64,000 nucleotides of DNA, from the NCBI GenBank assembly GCA_012295275.1, contig CM022668.1, positions 15,252,001 to 15,316,000 of the forward strand, read 5' to 3'. Positions 28,830-41,656 of this stretch are shown one piece after another (position 1 is the first letter of the stretch; each line of letters opens with the position of its first letter). Under the pieces are notes generated by a model. The model searched no databases. It worked only from the letters and a program-made list of their open reading frames with translations, and had not been told where the DNA came from. The DNA is from Chrysomallon squamiferum (lineage: Eukaryota; Animalia; Mollusca). Both the position numbers and the translations under genes were made by a program.

Positions 28830-29564
28830 CTTATTCGTTTGTTTATTTGCTTGATTTTTGTTTGCGTGTTAAGTGTATTTGTTAATCTTTACGATTCGAT
28901 GTCTTAATTTATTTAATTTAGTTTACGATACTTTAATTTATTTTATTTTAACTTACTTTACGTCATTTTTCTTAAAGTCACGTTATTTACGTCATTTTTC
29001 TTTACGTTTCTTTACGTTATTTTACTTTATTTACGTCTCAGGACACTACGTTACTTTAAAATATACTACTTTAACATTTTCTTTCTTCTTACTTTTCTTT
29101 CTTTCTATCCATTTCCAAATTTCACTCAAAAATTTGTAACGCGAAAAGAGTAAAATAATTTTCAATTTCAAAAATTCCTGTAACTAACGGTTTTCAAAAC
29201 AGGTAACGATTATAAGTAACATAAATTAGCAAACATTTAATTTACGGAACAAGAACCGAACTACGCACACGCATACACCCAGCAGAACAATGATGGGCGT
29301 GTCCGTTTTAGGTGTGGACGGATCGATGGACGCACTGAAATGTGCTGAAATAGATAATAACTGCCAGCATATATTCATGTAGAATAATTCAGTCTAATGA
29401 AAAGAGTTATGCGTGTATAACGGTCACGATAACAAAGACTTAGTAACACCCAGGCACGTTTTCTCTATTGTAATGTTTATCTATTGAAATTTAACCTGTT
29501 GCCTTTACGTTCTTTTACAATGCATTAAAAATAATGATATCATCTGGTTTATTATAATACAGAG

Positions 29565-29645
29565 ACGTAGATAGATAAATAGATAGATAGAGAGTGAGAT
29601 AGATAGATGGGATAGTCAGACATTTAGATAGAAAGATTAACAAAC

Positions 29646-29718
<73 letters not shown>

Positions 29719-29817
29719 CATACATACATACATACATACATAGACAAACAGATATACTGATATAGATATATCCATATACACAGATAATCGAAATAACAGA
29801 CGCATACAAACACAAAG

Positions 29818-29910
<93 letters not shown>
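29565..29910. repeat. (GATA)n/(CATA)n and (CT)n microsatellites upstream of the main Sp6-9 exon
   Basis: Directly visible. Confidence 0.93.
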
Positions 29911-29911
<1 letters not shown>

Positions 29912-31044
29912 GGTGTGTATATATATCTCTTTGGTTAATATTCTATTCATGAGACAACGATATTGTTCAAGCGATCAGAAAATCGGTGGTTAGACTTAAC
30001 GCAAACAAATGAAAGAACTATTACTAATATTTAAAATGTTCAGAATTTGTCACTCTCTCTCTTATGAAAAAAACAAAACAAGCCATAGTTATCATATTTT
30101 TAGCATGAATTATAATTCACTGTTATACGTTAAATACATCGACAGTTAAATATTACTAGAACAGAATTGAAAATATTTGATATTTGAAAGTGAGGAAATA
30201 CGGCTCCAGGTGTAAATCGGAAATAGCGTATAAATACATTTTTACTGTTATCAAAACGATTTATTCTAGAATACATTTGAGTCTTCAGTGATTTTGCTAT
30301 TTTTTTTTTATGTAAATTTATAATTTTCCTTCTTCTGTTTTCTTTTTATCTAAATTTATAAAAAAAAAATCTTTTTTTTTTCTTTTATCTAAATTTATAA
30401 TTATGTTTCTTTTTTTATCAAAGTAACGTATTTATAACGTATTTCTAACGCGTTCTATCTTAATGAGCCTCAAACAGTGTAATTACAAAAGTATATTTAT
30501 GTATTTTGTTGTCATTGTCGTTTCTGTTGCAGAGCATTTTGGTAATATTATGTTCAGAAAACGTTCATTTGAATTATTACGATGCCAGACAGAGTAAATA
30601 AATAAATAAAATAAATAAATAAATAAATAAATGGTATTCTTTTGTTCATTTCAGTTTAAATATGTTTTTTTTTTTCTTCTTTTATTTGTTTATTTACTTT
30701 CAGCCGAATTTTGTTTTATTTTATATTTTTATTTTTGTTTTCAATTTAATTTCACTTTTACTTTTTTTATTTCCAACTTCGACTCCATCTTTTTTTTTTT
30801 TTTTCTTTTCTTTTTCTTTTCTAATTTTTCTTTTTTTTTTTTTTTTTTTAATTTAATTTTTATATTTTATGTCATTTTTATATTTCACTTTTCACTCTTT
30901 TTTATATCCCTTTTATGATATTTTTGTTATTTTTTATACCAAATTTTATGTGAAATTTTTTTTTTTTTTTTTTCATTTTTATGTTAAGTTTAACTCTTTT
31001 TTTTTTTAATTTTATTTTATTTTATGTTGGTCTACATGAAATGA

Positions 31045-31080
31045 TATGACTATTTATTTATTTAAATTAATATTTTTCAG
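31045..31080 (+). other. 3' splice site (branch point and acceptor) of the intron preceding the main Sp6-9 exon
   Basis: TATGAC branch-like motif at 31045-31050, T-rich tract, CAG at 31078-31080. Composition switches abruptly from AT-rich to coding at 31081. The position matches the exon start just before (G/S)TPLAM seen in Sp8/D-Sp1 genes. Confidence 0.85.
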
Positions 31081-32388
31081 GATCCGCAGGCTTTTGGCGG
31101 AACACCATTGGCTATGCTTGCAGCCCAGTGCAGCAAAATAACCAACAAAAGCCCGCCACCGCTGGCCGAAGCCACAGTCGGAAAAGGTTTTCTCCCTTGG
31201 AAGAAGTCGCCGCCAGGGGGCTCTTCAAGTCCAATTCACTTATCGTCGCAGAGGATGTCGTCCCTGAACCCGCCGCTGTCAATGACGACGAGCGGATTGA
31301 CGTATCCCAGGAGTTCCGTGAACTCGTCGTGCGCGACGACCTATGCCAACGACATATTCTACCCGACGACGTCGGCCAGCTCCCACGTCGTGCAGTCAGA
31401 CTTTTCGCAGGCGGCGCTGCTGCAGAAGATGCACAACGACGGCAGCTTCGGCAACGCCGGCTTCGGCGGAATGTACTCCCGCGTTCCTTCCATGGCTAGT
31501 CATCCTTACGAGTCGTGGCCTTTCCCCGGAATGTCTTCGTCACACGCCGTAAGTTCTCACGGACTCAAATCGGAGGTTTCCGGAAACGGCGCGCCGACGG
31601 CGTGGTGGGACGTGCACGGCGCGCCCTCCGTGCACTCGACCCCCGGGAGCTGGCTCTCCGACATCCCCAGCGCAGCCGCCGCCTCGGGACTGCACCACTC
31701 CCAGATCCCCGGCAGCTACCAGACCTCCGACTACGGCCTAGGCTCGCCTCTGACGTCCGCGTCGGGTTCGCTGCTGTCGTCAGGGCAGCACCTGCTGCAG
31801 GACACGTACAAGTCGATGCTGCCGTCGCAGACGGAGCTGGGGTCGTCGGGCGTGACGCCCTTCCTGACCAGGCCCAGCCTGTCGAACATCCCCAGTCCCC
31901 GGTCTCAGAGACGCTACACGGGAAGGGCCACGTGCGACTGCCCCAACTGCCAGGAAGCGGACCGGCTCGGACCTGCCGGAGAGCACCTGCGCAAGCGCAA
32001 CATTCACAGCTGCCACATCCCGGGCTGCGGGAAAGTGTACAACAAGACGTCGCACCTGAAGGCTCACCTACGCTGGCACACGGGAGAGAGGCCGTTCGTC
32101 TGCAACTGGCTGTTTTGCGGGAAGCGCTTCACGCGCTCGGACGAGCTGCAGCGCCACCTACGAACGCACACGGGGGAGAAGCGGTTCGCGTGCCCCGTCT
32201 GCAACAAGCGCTTCATGAGGAGCGACCACCTCAGCAAGCACGTGAAAACGCACACGAGCGGGAAGAAGGGCGAAGGGAGTGAGAGCGATACCGAGAACAG
32301 CCAGGATCCGGCTAACGTAAACACCTCCCGGACAACGCAGTCGAGTACGTCGCCCACGTCGGTGAAAGAAGAACAGATTGCGAGATAA
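31081..32388 (+). CDS. Sp6-9: Sp6-9 (Sp8/Sp9-like) zinc-finger transcription factor, main/terminal coding exon
   Basis: Open frame from splice acceptor (tatttttcag|GAT, 31081) to TAA at 32386-32388. Translation [44 protein letters not shown] contains the Sp box and the Sp6-9 N-terminal motif. It also has a WWD motif, a Btd box [10 protein letters not shown] (31924-31953) and three C2H2 fingers (32005-32253) ending ...[18 protein letters not shown], typical of Sp8/9. First in-exon ATG is at 31114; an in-frame stop lies at 31063, inside the intron. Codon usage is strongly GC-rich compared with the flanks. Confidence 0.96.
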   Translation, partial: DPQAFGGTPLAMLAAQCSKITNKSPPPLAEATVGKGFLPWKKSPPGGSSSPIHLSSQRMSSLNPPLSMTTSGLTYPRSSVNSSCATTYANDIFYPTTSASSHVVQSDFSQAALLQKMHNDGSFGNAGFGGMYSRVPSMASHPYESWPFPGMSSSHAVSSHGLKSEVSGNGAPTAWWDVHGAPSVHSTPGSWLSDIPSAAAASGLHHSQIPGSYQTSDYGLGSPLTSASGSLLSSGQHLLQDTYKSMLPSQTELGSSGVTPFLTRPSLSNIPSPRSQRRYTGRATCDCPNCQEADRLGPAGEHLRKRNIHSCHIPGCGKVYNKTSHLKAHLRWHTGERPFVCNWLFCGKRFTRSDELQRHLRTHTGEKRFACPVCNKRFMRSDHLSKHVKTHTSGKKGEGSESDTENSQDPANVNTSRTTQSSTSPTSVKEEQIAR

Positions 32389-32497
32389 GGAGATCACGTG
32401 GTCGTAGATGGGCGTGTTTTATTATTTAAATTAACTTTTCGGTTTTCCTCTGAAGAAAATATATTTCAGAACAGTGCCTACGACAATAATTATAGCT

Positions 32498-32531
<34 letters not shown>

Positions 32532-33094
32532 GAAAGTGACTTGAACTTTTGAAGATCAAAGTAAACGATGGATTACAGGAAATTGATTTACGAAGTGATC
32601 AAGACGTTTTTGTTACCTGAAAACCGAGCGAAAGCTTTCGTATTTAAACTCTCACAACTATATATATATATCTATGTATGAAATACATTTTCAACTATTG
32701 TTTGTGATAAAGATATGCATGTTACTACAGTGTACCAAGAGTGAAAAGAAAAAAAAAAAAAAAAACAACCAGATATTACGTCAAACAATTGAAGGTATTT
32801 GAAAATTTCAAAGTGACGTCAGTGACTGTTTTTGAATTAGACTATGACGTCATGAACGGTGAATTACAGAAGTTATGATATCTAAGTTAAGAAATTATAT
32901 GCTATGGTTTAAATTTTATTAAAATATATTATAGCAGGATGGCCAAGAAATATGCAAACTTGAATTATAATTATTTTTCAATAACGATAAATGTTTATTC
33001 AGTATTGGCTTGTCACGTGATACATAAATGAGTAACACGTGATTGTTGTAACAGTAGGGTGGAAGTTATGATTATAATGTATGTGTGTGTGTGT

Positions 33095-33143
<49 letters not shown>

Positions 33144-33500
33144 TGCACACACACACACACACTCATACATATGTATTTCGATGTCTGGGATTTGGTTTCA
33201 GTAAAAAGATAATCCACTGAATGATGATCTTTAAAGAAACATGCATAATATAAAAAAATAATAATTATTATTATTATTATGATGATGAAATGATGTGCAT
33301 ATAGTGAACTTGCCTTGAATAATGAAACCATGCATAATAATTAATAATTAAAATGACGAATATGCATACTGGTCATATATAAATATTGATTCCACTCAGT
33401 TGTAAATTATCATCTTTAAAGTCTACGTCTAACTATAATTAAATTAATGAATTAATTAATTTTAATATAAATAAATAAATAAATAATAAATAAAAATATT
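32389..33500 (+). other. Putative 3' UTR of Sp6-9 (end uncertain)
   Basis: Follows the stop codon. Mostly unique AT-rich sequence, with the first AATAAA cluster at about 33469-33495, which is itself within a TAAA repeat. The true end cannot be determined from sequence. Confidence 0.4.
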
Positions 33501-33759
33501 TGAAAGAACGTAAGATATTTATTTTCGGGTGATGTTTACTGAATTACCATTTAGCTAAATGAACAACCGCTAAATAGTTTAAATAATTTTCACATATTTC
33601 ATGATAGAAGTTTCATGATGTTTGAATAAGTATTATATAAACAGTTTTACGTAATTTTCCAGAATAAGTTTATTATCAGAAGAAAATAATTTATTTTTCA
33701 AATGTCACGAGATCATGTGATGCACTAATCCAGTTGTTTATTGAGAAGTATTCTTCATG

Positions 33760-33798
<39 letters not shown>

Positions 33799-33897
33799 AA
33801 AACCACTGTTCCAACAGAGTATTATTGCATTTTATAATTTAATTTTCCAAAGTCTTCTTCAGTTTCTGTTATCTGCGGGTTTCGTCTTTGGTATTGC

Positions 33898-33930
<33 letters not shown>

Positions 33931-34109
33931 CAATTCACATTTATTACTAAATTCATTTCATATGATTATGGTGGACTGTTTTATAATTTTTATTTCATTT
34001 TTTTTCACTTTTCACGTTGCTTGTTAAATTGGGTGTGTGTATGTACATATTGATTGGAATTCGCCCTGTTTTTTTATTATTATTATTATTACTGATATTA
34101 TTATTATTA

Positions 34110-34145
<36 letters not shown>

Positions 34146-34490
34146 TATTATTATTATTATTACTGTTATTATTATCATCGTCATCATCGTCATTATCGTC
34201 ATCATCATCATCATCATATTTTTCTTATAATATTTATTGTTTTTAATCAATAAATTTCTGAAATATTTACAATTATTTTACTTTTAATTTCATTTTCATT
34301 TGGGTAAGGATCATTTAATTATTAATTTGTATTATTTATTTTTTCCCTGCAATGTTGATGAATTTGGCATATGTGTAAAGTAGAAAAGATATGATAAATT
34401 TGAATTTTTGACAAACATTTTAAAGATAAAATACGAGATTAAACATTTCAAATGGATGGATGATTAAAAATATTATTATTTCTATTGTTA

Positions 34491-34555
<65 letters not shown>

Positions 34556-34680
34556 TTGTGTGCTATTTTAGTAATCGATATACTTCGACTATTTCCGTCA
34601 GTGGTTGTTATTTTTCGCTGTTATTTGTAAAACTGATTTCTGCTTCAAACGAAAGACAGAGTAAAAGAAAACAGTGTTAA

Positions 34681-34729
<49 letters not shown>

Positions 34730-35383
34730 CACTGACTTAATTATTCGTATTTTTACTATTATAAAAGTATTTATAATGAAACAATAACAGCAAATAAGTA
34801 AAACATATCTCTTGACTATTTATAAATAAAAAAAACAACAATGACATAAATTAAGTTCTTTGATTCACAATCTGAATTAAAACATTCAAAAAAAAAAAAA
34901 AAAAAAAAGAAGAAGAAGAAAGAAATCGGTCAGAAGTTATTTTTTTATATATAATCTTCGCAAAATACCGCCAACACGAACGAATACCAACGGAAAATGC
35001 CGAAATGTACCGATTACTAATTAGCTGTTTATCCATGCCGTTATCTTGTTTTATAAGAGCACAAATGTTGACAATGAATTTGATGGCACTGATTATTTTA
35101 ATATGATTTAATTATAAAATGTTCACATGTATATAATATATATATTATGAAATCAAATCAATGTTAAGGAAATTTGAAAATAAAGATTTAAGAAAAAAAA
35201 AAAAAAAAAATAAAATCTGATATTTTAAAACTCTTGTTTGTTATTAAAATGTTTTAATTTGACTTCTTCTGCACAAATAAGGATAAATATATAAGCACAC
35301 ACGTAAAAGTACACACTAACATACATATATACATACTCACATACATACAAATATGTATACACATTTACATACATGCATGTATC

Positions 35384-35477
<94 letters not shown>

Positions 35478-36348
35478 AATACACACACACATACACACCC
35501 ACACATACACATACATACATTCCTGCCAATACAAACATTTTCACACATGCATACGTACATGCAAACATATATACGTACGTACATACATAGTTACATAGAT
35601 ACACACATAGATACAGTATATATATATATATTTCTTTGTTCAGTAATAGGAACCAATTTAGTACCTGCGATTCAATCATTACTGGGGTTAACAAAAACAG
35701 ATTAACTAATTAGTATGTTAGGTTAGAAAAAAAAAAAAAATTAAAAAATACGTCATGTCTGAAGTCGGTTATTGGGAATCGATCCCAGACGTATTAGCTT
35801 TGTTCTTTTGTCTGGTGAACGCGGTTGATGTATTGCTAGTAGTCACAAAGTAGTATTAAATAAATAATATGCTGACAGTTAATGGGTTAATGTATAAATT
35901 TCCTCCAGCACGTGCAGTGTGTCCGAAGTTGTTCGTGTCTAAGTTTGACAGCCTTTTAATTTTCTTCTCCGATTTTTGTAAATTTAATTTTTATTTTATT
36001 TTTCTTTTATGAAAAAGAAAATAATAACAGACATGAGGAGAAAGAAGAAAGGGAAGAAAAAGGAAAAAAAAAAAAAAAAAAAAAAAAAATAGAAGAAGAA
36101 AAAAGAAAGAAAGAAAGAAAGAAAGAAAAAAAAAGTAGAAAAGATTATTTTTTGGAATTAAAAGACGCTATACTTTGTTAACCGGCATCACGTTTGTACT
36201 AATAAATATCGTCACTTGATACGAAAAATGTCACAAAAAACGAAAATCTTATTGTCGTAACATCAGAGAGTTAAGATAGAGAGAAAAAGAGAGATTAAAA
36301 AAAAAAAAAAAAAAAGAGAAAGATCCTCACATAACTAAAGGCATATTT

Positions 36349-36380
36349 GCTTTGATGTGCTTTCAAAGAAGGATCAAAGT
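36349..36380. promoter_or_regulatory. TCF/LEF site cluster
   Basis: GCTTTGATGT, TTCAAAG and GGATCAAAGT within 32 bp, about 4 kb downstream of the stop codon. Confidence 0.45.
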
Positions 36381-37345
36381 TAGCTGCAGTTTATTTCCCT
36401 ATTGTATGTCACTGCTCTTTTATTGTCTGGTCGAGAGAGTTTCGTATATTTGCAATTCTATCACTTACAGTGAAACGAAATACAAAGTTAACACGTAAAT
36501 TATGGGTGGCTATGAAAAAGATGGAGGTACCCTTTTAAGAAACGTTTTCACCCGTATAGTATGAACATGATTTTTTTTTTTTTTTTTTTTAAATAAAATA
36601 AAATAAAGCTCCATTTGTCACTTTATGCAAATGTCGGAAAAAGAAAGAACGTTTTCACAATAGGAAGAAATGATACTTAAATGAATTGTGTTACCTTTTA
36701 AGAACATTTTTTTTTGTTTAATGAATTCTAGCTTTATAGATGCACACTTATGTACATATGTAACAAACATACATACCAAATACGTACACACATACATACA
36801 TACATGCATACATACATATATACATATATACATATATACATATATACATATACATACATATACATACATACATACATACACATGTACATATATATATATA
36901 TATATACATACATACTACATACATACATTCATAGATACATACATACATACATGCATACATACATAGACAAACAACATTCATACTAATTATAAATATAAGT
37001 GCATGTGTGCGTACATGTGTGAGTTATATGACTGCACACGAGACTAAAGAAGAAACCAGACGTGGCTATAAATAGACCAACTGACAGTCCTCTAGTTCAT
37101 ATGCACTTGCCAATACCTATATTACAAATAAATAAATTATACTCAATACTTACATTATAAATAAATAAATTATACTCAATAACAGCTGTGTCATAGAGTG
37201 AATTATGATCAGCGTTTTCAAAGTGCAGACGGAAATTAAAAATAATAAAATCCAAAAAGTAAACGATCTTGTTACATATAAAGAAATGTATGAGAAAAAT
37301 ACCTGATAAATAAATATGAAGAACAACATTATTTATTTATTTATT

Positions 37346-37387
<42 letters not shown>

Positions 37388-37782
37388 TATTTATTATTAT
37401 TATTATTATCATTATTATTATGATTATTTTTATTATTATTAATATTATTATTATTATTATTGTTATTGTTGTTATTATTATTATTACTATTATTTTTATT
37501 ATCATCATCATCATTATCATCATCATCATCATCATCATCATTATTATTATTATTATCATCATTATTATTATCGTTGTTGTTTTAAATAATTAATCTCTAT
37601 TTTATCTTTCTCGTTGTTTACACCTGTACTGATAGTAGTCGTAGTAGTAGTAGCAGTAGCAGCAGTAGCAGTACAGGTAAGGTAATCGTAGCTGTGGTAA
37701 TGGAAGTAGGAGTGGTAGTAGCAGTAGTAGTAATAATAGTAGCAGTGATAGCTGTATACACAGACTGACAGATATACATACT

Positions 37783-37813
<31 letters not shown>

Positions 37814-37960
37814 GTATGTTTGTGTTTGTTTCTGTACGGCTCTGTGTACGGGAGTCTTTCTTCCTGATCACGAATCTATCCCATAATCCTCACTCCATCA
37901 TCGACGACGACGACATATAAAAATAGATAAATAAATAGCACGCTCTCTTTACCTTTGCTG

Positions 37961-37979
37961 TAGCGACCCCTGGTGGCGA
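37961..37979 (-). promoter_or_regulatory. Candidate CTCF site
   Basis: Reverse complement TCGCCACCAGGGGTCGCTA; 17/19 match to consensus TGGCCACCAGGGGGCGCTA. Confidence 0.6.
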
Positions 37980-38713
37980 AACACTTTTTTGACAGCTGTC
38001 CTCTGAGCGTAGTTAGACCCAGTTCGCCCCGGGGCTCTCACAAAAGCGTGAAACTCGGCGTGTCTAATTGGCCCGATTAGCATTCCGGGCAAATTGTAGG
38101 ATCGTTACAAAGCTTGTTGTATACCAATATAAATAAAAAAAATAAAATTTCTACCTGGGACTTTGCGAGCGATGTCGAGTTTTCTTGTCGCTGTGTTTAA
38201 GAACAGTGTTCGGGTTAGGAGCGAATGGTTGTATAGAGAGAGTCCTTACTTCTTTTTTTTTTTTTTTTTTTTTTTTTTCTTCTTCTGTTCTCTCGTTTAC
38301 ACGCCAGTAAAGATTAGGATCAAGAAAAATGATACTGTTGTTCTGTTGTTCTCACCAATTGTTATTTATTGGTGATTTTCTTTTTTTTTTTTTTTTTTTT
38401 TTTTTGGTAACCTGTTCTTCGTCCAGGTGAATATATTTACCTATGCCTGGGAATCTTTTTTTTTTTTTTTAAATTTTAACCTTTAGTCATGGTGGAGTTT
38501 AAAATGTCGTGATAGAAACTTTCTGAAATTAAATGTCGCTATTAAACTAACAAAAAAATAAACACAACAACAATAATAAACACAGTACTGTATGAATTAC
38601 TATTACTACCAAAGTACAGCTATACTACTACTACTACTACTACTGCTACTGCTACTGCTACTGCTACTGCTACTGCTACAACAACTAATAATAATAAGAA
38701 CAACAACAACAAA

Positions 38714-38767
<54 letters not shown>

Positions 38768-38886
38768 TAAATATGTAAGTATTTAACTAAGTAAATAAAT
38801 AAATAAATAAATAACTAGGCCTACAGCAAAAAAGGATTTTCTTCTTTTTCTAGATTTTTTTTTACTTTTTAATTTATTTATCTATT

Positions 38887-38933
<47 letters not shown>

Positions 38934-38982
38934 TTTGTTTGTTTATTTATTTATTTATTTATTTATTTATTTGTTTGTTTGT

Positions 38983-39017
<35 letters not shown>

Positions 39018-39587
39018 TTAATATATTTATCCATTTATTTATTATTATTATTTTTTATTTTTTCAGCAACAAAACAGAATTTTAAAAAAGACAGACGAAA
39101 CAAATAAATAATGAAGCAAATAAAAAAAAGTTAAAAAACTTTTAAGATGACAGTTTCGGAGGTCATCTGGCAGTAAATTATTATCCACAAACTTCGGAAA
39201 TATTCGGCAATAAATCAAAGAGACATCTTTCCGTCTTCGTTTCTTCTGCATTCTGTGTTCAGGACTGGGCATAAAATCGTTCTTTCGGGTACAAATTCAT
39301 AAATAAGCAATGAAATGCTATAAAAAGCCATGAAGAAGAAAATCGACACACAGGTCCTAAAGCTCTGAACACAGCCACCGTGAATAGCCACACAGCTCCG
39401 GTCCCATCGCATCCCGCGATCGACAACAAAAACCAATTGAATCCCGTGCTGCGAAAGCTGATGTGTCCTTGTCATTAGGGCTTCATTGCTGTCGTTCGCG
39501 ATTATCCACAAAGGCCTTGCTCACCTGGGCGCATAATGGCGATTTAAAGGCAAGTACCACAAAACATTTCTTGAAGAGGAAAAAAAA

Positions 39588-39619
<32 letters not shown>

Positions 39620-39934
39620 AAAAAAAAGGAAAAATGTATGTGTTTGCCTGGATGAATGGCAGTTTGAGTGTAATTTGAGTTATGTGGTTACAGACTCGTT
39701 TTTTTTTTTTTTTTTCTGGCAAGTATCTTACAATACAGTTTTTTATTATTATTATTGTTGTTGTTGTTATTATCGGGATACATGAGTCTCGATCATCCTG
39801 CAGATAACATCGGTCTCCGAGCCTCGATCGACAAGTTTCTTTATTTTGCTGTGATAAAAACATTTCACGCGTTTGAGTCTTTTGCTTCTGTCACTTCGTC
39901 GACAAAGTTTCCGTGCGAAATTTAGCGTTCTCTT

Positions 39935-40316
39935 AATAAATAAATAAATAAGTATAAGTAAGTAAATAAATAAATAAGTAAATAAATAAATAAGTAAGTA
40001 TGTAAGTAAATAAATAAGTAAATAAATAAATAAATAAATAAATAAGTAAATAAGGGATAAATACATTATAAATATATAAATAACAAATATACAAAAAAAA
40101 AAAAAAATAAAATAATAATAAGTAAATAAATGAATACAAAGTGGTGTGCATACATACAGTATAAATAAATAAATAATAAATAAAATAAATAAATAAATAA
40201 GTAAATACATAAATAATTAAACAAACAAATAAATAGTGGTGCGGATAAATACAGTATAAATGAATAGATAAATAGATAAATAAATAAGTAAATAAATAAA
40301 TAAATAAATAAATAAG

Positions 40317-40355
<39 letters not shown>

Positions 40356-40356
40356 A
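39935..40356. repeat. Degenerate (TAAA)n tract
   Basis: Directly visible. Confidence 0.9.
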
Positions 40357-40514
40357 GAGAGGTGTTTCTCTGTTTCTAATATCTGACTTAGTATACACGT
40401 GGGTAAATCATTGCAAGTGTGTTTGTGTATATGTATGAATATATGAACACAAAACAGCGTGTTGTGTGTGTGTGTGTGTGTGTGTGTGCGTATGTCTAAC
40501 ACACACACGTATGT

Positions 40515-40589
<75 letters not shown>

Positions 40590-41499
40590 TGAATGGCTAA
40601 TAAAACATATACATATAAAAACAAAAACTATTAAATAAACAAAGTAATAAAAACGCAAACAACAAACGAATAAATATATATCTAAAATCAAAGAGACAAA
40701 TTTTAAAGAAAGGAAATCATAAGGAAATTAAAAATAGCGTATTGATAAAAAAAAAAAAAAAAAAAAAAAAGAATGAAAGAATAAAATGATAATCAATAAA
40801 TCGGAATGCTATGATTTACCGTCACCGACGGCAAATTGACGATAGTCGTACTTAAGTGCAGTTTTATTTGTGCCGCATCTCTGTAATGGTTCTTGACGGT
40901 CAATAACAAGACCGCTGATGAGCCTGTTGCCTTTCAAAATGACAAACCGTGATTAATTGATCTTTTAGAGAATTATTTCTGAAGCCAACAGTGTTGCTGC
41001 TTCGCTTATGGCTATAAAGCATGCGAAAGGTTGTGGTTTGTGTAGCGAATGGGAGACTGTTATTCGCTGACTGGTATAGAATTGACTGGTATTGCTAGGC
41101 GGGTGAAATGAAAACGAAGAAGATGAATTTCGAGAAAGGTGTCAAAGAAAACATCACTGAGAATATAACAGTGTACATTCCACAGCCTCATTTTAAAAAC
41201 GCTTTATTACTGACACGTCATTTCCGTGTCAAGATTTAGTGACGTCGATTTCTGAGAATTTTGCTCCGTATAATATTTTATATTTATTTTACAGTTAAAA
41301 AAAAAAAAATAAAAAATTAATTTAATTTTCTTGTACAGAATATCACCAATTTGCTGAGCATCAACCATTTTAAATCTATTTTGTTTAATGAAATAAATTT
41401 TTATAATTTGAAAAATATCTTTGTTTTTCTTTGTGTTTAGTATAATTATACTGTACATACGTATGTTCGTATATCAATATCTATCTATATATCCATATC

Positions 41500-41546
<47 letters not shown>

Positions 41547-41612
41547 ATATAGATAGATAGATAGATATACATATATCTGTATATATGTATGTTTGTATTA
41601 TATATAATATAA

Positions 41613-41656
<44 letters not shown>

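Noticed and set aside
31108-31113. TTG start given by the ORF track
   Set aside because: Eukaryotic gene: TTG is the Leu of the PLAM Sp box. The frame extends to the acceptor at 31081 and the first ATG is at 31114.
31515-32282. 255-aa alternative-frame ORF and other short overlapping ORFs on both strands within the Sp6-9 exon
   Set aside because: Shadow ORFs expected from the GC-rich codon usage of the real frame. Non-ATG starts and no recognisable motifs.
31081-32388. Assignment to Sp5/buttonhead, Sp1-4 or KLF
   Set aside because: [33 protein letters not shown] and the GF.PWK/WWD motifs point to the Sp6-9 clade. KLFs lack the Btd box.
39063-39930. Unique-sequence ORFs at 39-40 kb and 49.9-50.4 kb as possible exons of another gene
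   Set aside because: No recognisable protein similarity, no consistent splice-flanked frame, and they run into homopolymers. Better explained as non-coding islands, though small exons cannot be fully excluded without RNA data.
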